Of a stretch of DNA of 51,501 nt, positions 45,274 through 51,501 are shown in pieces. The translations under genes and the position numbers were made by a program. Source of the DNA: an uncultured Acidimicrobiaceae bacterium (GTDB taxonomy: Bacteria; Actinomycetota; Acidimicrobiia; Spongiisociales; ZC4RG35); the NCBI GenBank assembly GCA_964454615.1, contig CAYVTP010000004.1, positions 1 through 51,501 on the forward strand, read 5' to 3'. Under the pieces are notes generated by a model, which ran no database searches, was not told where the DNA came from, and saw nothing but the letters and a program-made list of their open reading frames with translations. Every line of letters begins with the position of its first letter. Within the stretch, counting starts at the first letter, position 1.

Positions 45274-47132
45274 AGGTCGGCCGGCTCCAGGATCTCGTAG
45301 ACGGTGTTGCGCAGCGCCGGCACCCGACCTGCGGCGACGATGGTCTCCCGAAACTCGGCGGGGGTCACCTCCTGACCGTGTGCCGCGCCAGCCGACCGGG
45401 TGATGATCTCCCCCATCAGGGTCCCACCAAGGTCGTTGCACCCTGCGTCGAGGAGCCTGGCCCCCCCGTCGAGACCCAGCTTCACCCACGACGCCTGGAT
45501 GTTTGGGACCAGCCCGTGGAGCGCTATGCGTGAGACGGCATGGACCAGGACCACCTCATCCCAGGTGGGCCCGGGACGGGACCGCCCCCGGAGGTAGATC
45601 GGCGACCCCATGTGAACGAAGGGCAGCGGGACGAGCTCGGTGAAGCCGCCGGTCATCGTCTGGATCCTCCTGATCACCTCGAGGTGGTTGGCCCACGACC
45701 GCGGATCGTCGATGTGGCCGAACATGATGGTGGCCGTCGATCCCAGACCGAGGCCGTGGGCGGTGATCATCACCTCGGCCCACTGGGCTGTCCGGATCTT
45801 GTCCGGGCAGAGATGGAGTCGGATCCGGTCGTCGAGTATCTCCGCGGCGGTCCCCGGCAAGGAGCCCAAGCCGGCGTCCCGCAACTCGGTGAGGAACTGC
45901 GCCACGGGTATGCCCAGGGTCTCCGCCCCTTGCCACACCTCGAGCGGAGTGAACCCGTGGATGTGCATGCCCGGCAGCTCGTCCTTGATCGCCTTCACCA
46001 CCTCCATGTAGAAGTTGCCGGTGAAGTCGGGATGGATCCCGCCCTGGAGCGTCACCTCGGATGCCCCCCGATCCCATGCCTCAAGTGCCTTGTCGACGAT
46101 CTCCTCGACACCCATCAGGTAGGGGTCGCCGCGCAGGTTCAACGACTTGGGGCCTTTGGAGAAGGCACAAAAGCCGCACTTGAAGTAGCAGAGGTTGGTG
46201 TAGTTGATGTTCCGGTTGACCACGTAGGTCACCGTGTCACCCACGGTCTGCCGCCTCAGCATGTCGGCGACATGGGCCACAGAGTCGACCTGATCGCCCC
46301 TCGCTTCGAACAACGCCACTGTCTCCTCGGTCGTAGGCGGTGTGCCGGCCAGTGCCGCCTCGAGAGTGGGCCTGAGGTCACCTGCCGCCTCCAGACCCTG
46401 TGGGGATCTGCCGCCGACCCAAACGGCGTCGGGCCACTCGCCGGAGAGTCGACGGTCAGGGACCGGAGGGTCGAGATCACGCCCGGGAGCCCACTCGTAC
46501 CTTGGCCGAGCTGCCCCCGATCCGTCGGTCAGCCCGAGCCAGGTGGTGAACACCGGAGCCGGCAACACCGACCTCGCCTCGTCGATCAGAACGCCTGGAG
46601 GGAGTGCGGTCCGTTCGACGAGCTGGATGTCGAGGGCCTCTCTCAGCTCTCCGATCCAATCCACGCTCCAGTCGCGCAGGACCAAGTCGGTGGCGCCGTC
46701 TGCCACTGCCGAAATTGCCTGCTCGATGTCGTCGACGAACACCGACACCGATGTCCCAATGCCGGGGAGCGACGCCATCCGGTATGCCCTGGCGACATCC
46801 GACCTTCCCGTCCTCAGGTACGCGGCCCTGGTTCTGGCCAGGGCGTCCAGCACCGACTCCATGGGCCCCTGGTCGAGGATGGTCACCCTCCATGGGGCGG
46901 CGCCGGCCTTCTCCAGGTCTCCCGCAAGGTCTGGGGGCACCACCCATCCGGAGGCCTCGGCGACGCTTGGCGTCGAAGAGACAACCATGACCCCGGCAGC
47001 CGCACCCGCGGCCAGGTCGGCCTTGGTCGGAGCCTCGATCTCGATGGCCGTAGTGCCCTCGCGGCGTCGGGCCCTGGCTGTGGGCTCGGCAAGGCTCTCC
47101 GCCGGCCTCGATCTGAGAAAGGTGACCCTCAT
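45270..47132 (-). CDS. cofH: FO synthase subunit 2 (CofH, radical SAM) with a roughly 245-aa N-terminal extension of unknown function
   Basis: VTYVVNRNINYTNLCYFKCGFCAF followed by a CofH-like C-terminal region of about 375 aa. The ATG at 47132 forms an ATGA overlap with the cofG stop. Confidence 0.85.
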   Translation of the reverse strand: MRVTFLRSRPAESLAEPTARARRREGTTAIEIEAPTKADLAAGAAAGVMVVSSTPSVAEASGWVVPPDLAGDLEKAGAAPWRVTILDQGPMESVLDALARTRAAYLRTGRSDVARAYRMASLPGIGTSVSVFVDDIEQAISAVADGATDLVLRDWSVDWIGELREALDIQLVERTALPPGVLIDEARSVLPAPVFTTWLGLTDGSGAARPRYEWAPGRDLDPPVPDRRLSGEWPDAVWVGGRSPQGLEAAGDLRPTLEAALAGTPPTTEETVALFEARGDQVDSVAHVADMLRRQTVGDTVTYVVNRNINYTNLCYFKCGFCAFSKGPKSLNLRGDPYLMGVEEIVDKALEAWDRGASEVTLQGGIHPDFTGNFYMEVVKAIKDELPGMHIHGFTPLEVWQGAETLGIPVAQFLTELRDAGLGSLPGTAAEILDDRIRLHLCPDKIRTAQWAEVMITAHGLGLGSTATIMFGHIDDPRSWANHLEVIRRIQTMTGGFTELVPLPFVHMGSPIYLRGRSRPGPTWDEVVLVHAVSRIALHGLVPNIQASWVKLGLDGGARLLDAGCNDLGGTLMGEIITRSAGAAHGQEVTPAEFRETIVAAGRVPALRNTVYEILEPADL

Positions 47133-48271
47133 GCCGAGCCCATGTTGGCACCGATCGCGGCCAGGCCGTCATCATCCGCGGCGGCCAGGACGTCCGGCAA
47201 CAGACCGGGGTCGACCCATTCCGGGTCGATGTAGGAGGGATACACCGGGAGACGGGCACGGAGCTCGAACCCGGCCGCCACGGTTCGCTCCTCGAGCTCG
47301 GTCAGGTGCGGCCACGGTGCTTCCGGGTTGACGTAGTCGATGGTGACAGGGGAGACACCACCCCAGTCGTTGATACCCGCCCCCAGATACATCTCGTAGC
47401 GCTCTGTCAGGTTCGGGGGGACCTGGATGCTGGCCTCCGGTCCCATCACCCATCGGGCCACCGCGACGACGCGAGCGAACCACCTGGGGACGGGCTCCGG
47501 CGAGCGACGCATCAGGGTGTCCGGCTTGGCCCGGAAGTTCTGGACTATCACCTCCTGGATGGCCCCGCCCTCGTCTGCCAGCCCGCGAAGAGCGAAGAGC
47601 GAATCGACGATCTCGTTGGGCATCTCTCCGATCCCGACCAGGATGCCAGTGGTGAAGGGGACCCTGACCCGTCCCGCCGCCTCGATGGTCTCTACCCGGC
47701 GCCGGGGCTCTTTGGTGGCGGCCTTGTGATGGGGCATGCCCGGCCCGGTGAGCCGGTCTGAGATGTTCTCCAACATCATCCCCATGGACACGTTGGTGGG
47801 ACGGAGCATCCTCATTGCCCCGTTATCGAGCAGCCCCGGGTTGGCGTGGGGGAAGAGCCGGGTCTGGTCGCGTACCAGGGCCGACATCCGGGCCAGGTAC
47901 TCGATGGTCGACTCCACCCCCTGGGCGGCGAGGAATTCCTCGGCCTGGGGCCAGCGGATCTCTGGTCGGTCGCCGAGTGTGAACAGGGCTTCGGTGCATC
48001 CGGCTGCGTCCCCGGCGCGCGCCACCTCCAACACCTGGTCAGGGGTCATGTAGGCGCCACCCGCCCCGGGCGGCTTGGCGAAGGTGCAGTAGGAGCACCG
48101 GTCGGAGCACAGCGTGGTCAGTGGTATGAACACCTTGCGGCTGTAGGTGACCCGACGCCCCCAGCCTTCGTCACGCAGTGCCGATGCATGCTCGAAGAGC
48201 CTCTCCTCCGGCGCCCGACCCTCCAGGTAGTCGAGAGCGAGGCCCGGTTCGGGAGCCGGGTGCGCCGACAT
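47129..48271 (-). CDS. cofG: FO synthase subunit 1 (CofG, radical SAM)
   Basis: VFIPLTTLCSDRCSYCTF, 380 aa, immediately upstream of cofH. Confidence 0.88.
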   Translation of the reverse strand: MSAHPAPEPGLALDYLEGRAPEERLFEHASALRDEGWGRRVTYSRKVFIPLTTLCSDRCSYCTFAKPPGAGGAYMTPDQVLEVARAGDAAGCTEALFTLGDRPEIRWPQAEEFLAAQGVESTIEYLARMSALVRDQTRLFPHANPGLLDNGAMRMLRPTNVSMGMMLENISDRLTGPGMPHHKAATKEPRRRVETIEAAGRVRVPFTTGILVGIGEMPNEIVDSLFALRGLADEGGAIQEVIVQNFRAKPDTLMRRSPEPVPRWFARVVAVARWVMGPEASIQVPPNLTERYEMYLGAGINDWGGVSPVTIDYVNPEAPWPHLTELEERTVAAGFELRARLPVYPSYIDPEWVDPGLLPDVLAAADDDGLAAIGANMGSA

Positions 48272-48272
48272 G

Positions 48273-49049
48273 TCAGCTGATGCCTGAGGAGGACGCCCCG
48301 ACCACTCCCCCGTCGACGGGCACGATGGCCCCGGTCATCCAGGATGCCGCGTCGGAGGCCAGGAATACGATGAGCCGGGCCACGTCCTCCGGTTCGCCCA
48401 CCCGCCCCAGAGGGTGCATCCGGGCGGTCATCTCCTCGTTCTCGAGGAGCATCCCGGCAAGGCGGGTACGCACTACCGCGGGAGCGACCGCGTTGACACG
48501 GATGGTTGGGGCCAGCTCGTGGGCTAGTTGCCGAGTGAGATGGATCAGCCCGGCCTTGGACACGTTGTAGGCGCCCATGATCGGACTGGGACGGAGGCCG
48601 GCGACCGAGGCCACGTTGACAACGGAGCCGCCGTGCTCCCCCATCCAGGCACGGTGAGCCGCTCTGACCCATAGGAGGGGGGCACGGAGGTTGACCGCCC
48701 AGGTCTTGTCGAGGGCGCCCAGATCGACATCCATCAACGCCCCGGCGGCAGGGTTGGTCCCGGCGTTGTTCACCAGGATGTCCAGCCGCCCGAACCGTTC
48801 CACGGCGGCAGACGACGCCTCCTCGGCGGCCTCCTCGGAATCCGCCCTGGCAGCCAGGGCAAGAACCTTGCCGGGCTCGACGCCCGCCTCGACCAGTTGC
48901 TCGTGTGCCTGCTCGACTGTCTCGGAGCGGCGGGCGGTGATCGCCACCCCGGTGGCGCCGCTACGGGCGAACTCCAGGGCCGCAGCCAGGCCGATGCCAC
49001 GGCTCGCACCGGTGACGAGGGCCACCTTGCCATCCACAGAGACGTTCAA
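48273..49049 (-). CDS. SDR family oxidoreductase (FabG-like)
   Basis: KVALVTGASRGIG, NNAG and YNVSK catalytic motifs. Confidence 0.88.
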   Translation of the reverse strand: MNVSVDGKVALVTGASRGIGLAAALEFARSGATGVAITARRSETVEQAHEQLVEAGVEPGKVLALAARADSEEAAEEASSAAVERFGRLDILVNNAGTNPAAGALMDVDLGALDKTWAVNLRAPLLWVRAAHRAWMGEHGGSVVNVASVAGLRPSPIMGAYNVSKAGLIHLTRQLAHELAPTIRVNAVAPAVVRTRLAGMLLENEEMTARMHPLGRVGEPEDVARLIVFLASDAASWMTGAIVPVDGGVVGASSSGIS

Positions 49050-49085
49050 CAGTTCCCTCTCATCGGCGCAAAGGTAGCGGTGTCA

Positions 49086-49586
49086 TCAACCGTGGCCGCC
49101 CCGCTTGACCCCTCCGTACTTCATCCGGGTGTCCGACATCGCCGCAGCCCTGGTCTCTTCGTCGTTGACGCCGGCGTCGACGATCTCGCCGATGAACAGC
49201 GTGTGGGTTCCCAGGTCGTGTCTGTCACGGACCTCGCAGTCCATCCAGGCGATCGCCTCCTCGAAGATGGGAGCGCCGGTGACGCCTGCCCTCACCGGGC
49301 GTCCGTTGAGCGTGTCGCCCTCGCGGGTGGCCGGCTTGGAGAACTTGACGAACACCCGTGTGTCTTCGGAGGACCACAGGTTGACGGTGAAAGAACTGCC
49401 CCCCGAGATCAGTCTGTGGGTCACCGCAGTGTTCTCCACTCCGATCCCGATCAATACAGGCTCCATGCTGAGCTGCGTCACCCAGCTGGTAGTCATCCCG
49501 TTCCACTCGTCGCCGTCCGCCGACCCGACCAATACCAGTGGATTGGGGATCATCCAGGTGATTTTGTTGAGCAGCTCGGGTTCCAT
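49086..49586 (-). CDS. Flavin reductase-like FMN-binding domain protein
   Basis: PNPLVLVGS...NGMTTSWVTQLSMEPVLIGIGV...HTLFIGEIV. Start chosen at MEPELL (49586). The track ORF N-terminus is Arg-rich and overlaps the divergent usp gene. Confidence 0.75.
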   Translation of the reverse strand: MEPELLNKITWMIPNPLVLVGSADGDEWNGMTTSWVTQLSMEPVLIGIGVENTAVTHRLISGGSSFTVNLWSSEDTRVFVKFSKPATREGDTLNGRPVRAGVTGAPIFEEAIAWMDCEVRDRHDLGTHTLFIGEIVDAGVNDEETRAAAMSDTRMKYGGVKRGGHG

Positions 49587-49630
49587 GCTCCGGGGGCGCA
49601 GTTGGGCAACGACGACCCTAGTGTCATGGT

Positions 49631-50140
49631 GTGCGAATCCTCGTCGCCACCACCGGCGTGTTGCCCGCAGCCCCTGTCGCCGAGTTCTGCAAGATGCTGA
49701 TTGGTGATCAGGGCCCGGTGACCGTGATGACGGTGGTACGGGTTCCCCGCTCGTTCCTCGAGTCACTCGACGACACAGTGCGTCGCTCCTTCCTCGACGA
49801 CTCACCCGACGACTCGGAGGCGGCCGAGGAGAAGGCAGCCCGCTACCTGGAGGAGAGAGGGCGTCGGGCAGTCGACCCGATCTGTGCCGCCCTCGCTGCG
49901 GAGGCGATCGAGTCGGAGGTCCGCTTTGTCGAAGGAGACGACCCAGCCGAGGCCATCATCGAGACCGCCGAGGACATGGGGGCCGACCTGGTCATGCTGG
50001 GGGCCACCCGCAGGCTGTTCACCGAGGAAGCATGGCGCAGCGTGTCCGCCAGGGTCATGGTCAATTCCCGGCTGCCGGTGCTGCTGGTGCCCGGGGTCCG
50101 AATCGAGGACACCCAGGAGATGCCGGTGGTGGAGCTCTGA
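49631..50140 (+). CDS. Universal stress protein (UspA family)
   Basis: MRILVATTG...ADLVMLGATRR...VSARVMVNSRLPVLLVP. Confidence 0.75.
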   Translation: MRILVATTGVLPAAPVAEFCKMLIGDQGPVTVMTVVRVPRSFLESLDDTVRRSFLDDSPDDSEAAEEKAARYLEERGRRAVDPICAALAAEAIESEVRFVEGDDPAEAIIETAEDMGADLVMLGATRRLFTEEAWRSVSARVMVNSRLPVLLVPGVRIEDTQEMPVVEL

Positions 50141-50222
50141 GGCGGCATCCGGCCACTGAGCCTGGCACGTGGTACCGGGTGCGGGGGTCCTGGGGGAAGT
50201 AGAGGTCGGGGGCGAATGGCCC

Positions 50223-51299
50223 CTACGGTCTTCGAGCCAGCAGTGGATGGGCGGACCGACGGAACCGGACCCGACCATGCCCGGAATGGGGGTACGGCTC
50301 CATACCTCGTTCGTGAACCACTACATGGTGGTGGAACCAGCAGAGCAACACCAGGTTGTCCTGATCGGTTCGGCCTCCCCTCGACCAGGGAACGACGTGG
50401 TGCGCCTGGAGACGATTCCTCGAGACGCAACCGTCGGCCGCACACGTTCCCCGGTACTTCTCCACCAGTGCCCGCCGCAACGATGGCGGAACGATCCTGT
50501 GCTTGTGGCCATAGTCCATGTACCTGCCGTCCCCGGCCCGGGCGATCACTTCGGTGGTTGAATCACAGAGGATGGCCTCGAGGGCTCTCCGGCCCACGGT
50601 TGGGCCAGACTCGATGACCACCCCGGTGTCCCCGTCGGTGGCGGCTGCGTGCCGGGCGTCGACGAAAACCGAGATGTGGGCCGGTGGGGGATCGTCGCCG
50701 ACACAGAGCTCGACCAGAGCCGTGGCCCGTCTCCATCCGCTGTCGGCGAGGAGATCATCGGGCAACCCGGGAAGCTCATCCGCCGCTTCGGAGAGCACCT
50801 TGTCCACAATGGCCCCGGCATGCGCATCGAGACCACCCCACAGCTTCCACCAGGACTCGTCGAGACTGGGCTGGAGCACCAAGAACCGGTCGTCCGGCCC
50901 CTTGTCGAGGCCCGACCCAATGAGATGTCCGCGCAAAGCAGCCTCCCGGCGAGCTGCGCCCACGTCGATCGCCTCCCAGAGTCCGACGGGCTCGGGGATC
51001 CTCGAAAGGGCTTCCACGCGATCGAACGAGACGCCCGACGCCAATGCGCCCCTCAGGTCGGGGCGCTCCGCTGTGCGACGCATGGTCCTGACCAGCGCCC
51101 TCGCGGTGTCGATGCCAACATCGAGTGTCCGGGCGACCCACTCGGCCATGGTCCGACATCCGTCACCGAGTGGCACCTGGCGACCGTCCAGCTCTTGTAG
51201 AAGGACAAGCTGCTCAGCAGCGATCTTCGAGGCGAGCTCGGCATTGGCCCTGAGCCTCTGTTCCAGTTGATCTGTGGAGAACCATTCCAAATTCCTCAT
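50223..51299 (-). CDS. DUF222 domain-containing HNH endonuclease (actinobacterial REP13E12-like family)
   Basis: N-terminal DUF222-like helices (AEQLVLLQELDGRQV...TMAEWVA) and a C-terminal HNH motif (LQAHHVVPWSRGGRTDQDNLVLLCWFHHHVVH). Confidence 0.85.
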   Translation of the reverse strand: MRNLEWFSTDQLEQRLRANAELASKIAAEQLVLLQELDGRQVPLGDGCRTMAEWVARTLDVGIDTARALVRTMRRTAERPDLRGALASGVSFDRVEALSRIPEPVGLWEAIDVGAARREAALRGHLIGSGLDKGPDDRFLVLQPSLDESWWKLWGGLDAHAGAIVDKVLSEAADELPGLPDDLLADSGWRRATALVELCVGDDPPPAHISVFVDARHAAATDGDTGVVIESGPTVGRRALEAILCDSTTEVIARAGDGRYMDYGHKHRIVPPSLRRALVEKYRGTCAADGCVSRNRLQAHHVVPWSRGGRTDQDNLVLLCWFHHHVVVHERGMEPYPHSGHGRVRFRRSAHPLLARRP

Positions 51300-51501
51300 A
51301 CCCGCAACGCTACGGGGTGGGTGTGACAGATTTGGGTGAGATAACGGTTGTTGGAACGATTCTTCAAACGATGTCGGCCTGCGGTGTTGCGATAAGTACC
51401 GACACCACCTCCGACGATCAGAACCACAGCCGTTGCAGCAGTACGACTATGGCGACTCGACTGATGACGACCCCAAGGATTAGCCCGGTACGGGGTACGG
51501 G

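Noticed and set aside
45540-47234. 564-aa plus-strand ORF antisense to cofH; similar long antisense or off-frame ORFs at 42660..43727, 44200..45489, 12683..13663, 12904..13983, 5847..6893 and 15484..16407
   Set aside because: All overlap well-supported genes and have the Arg/Gly/Pro/His-rich composition of spurious high-GC ORFs. None shows a recognisable domain.
51418-51501. Possible 3' end of a minus-strand gene (…PVPRTGLILGVVISRVAIVVLLQRLWF*) at the window edge
   Set aside because: Only 27 codons are visible and no family is assignable. That is too little evidence to annotate.

Overview
High-GC (about 63-65%) bacterial chromosomal segment, densely coding, with most genes on the minus strand. 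The gene content points to Actinomycetota, which is an inference from these markers: dapA-rnj-ftsK synteny, a RamB-type regulator divergent from aceB-aceA, FO-synthase cofG/cofH, a mycothiol-type DinB/maleylpyruvate-isomerase protein, and a DUF222-HNH gene. The window is mostly housekeeping. It holds thpR'-cinA-rimO, the glyoxylate shunt, a 2-oxoacid dehydrogenase E1a/E1b/E2 operon, ftsK, RNase J and dapA. It also holds a nine-gene heme operon (hemH-F-A-C-D-B-L-E-Y) that continues into an MFS transporter and an LLM oxidoreductase. Further genes include cofG/cofH, peptidases and transporters. I found no rRNA, tRNA, CRISPR array, transposase, integrase or recognisable canonical defence system. 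Six items deserve a second look. (1) An orphan CobT-like vWA / CobS-like AAA+ pair followed by a long LOG-family gene (37.7-41.9 kb); no CobN is present, the Walker motifs are substituted, and the vWA protein carries an HEXXH motif. (2) A ParB-like N-terminal peptide (RKPGLGRGLESLIP) lies in frame upstream of the E1-alpha subunit. (3) A 45-bp inverted repeat brackets an archaeal-type GAPDH-like two-gene cassette. (4) A 47-bp hairpin-forming direct repeat brackets an arsR-MFS module. (5) The ferrochelatase has an internal 4-Cys insertion, and hemF is present. (6) CofH carries a roughly 245-aa N-terminal extension. All functional calls come from motif and family recognition by eye. No searches were run.
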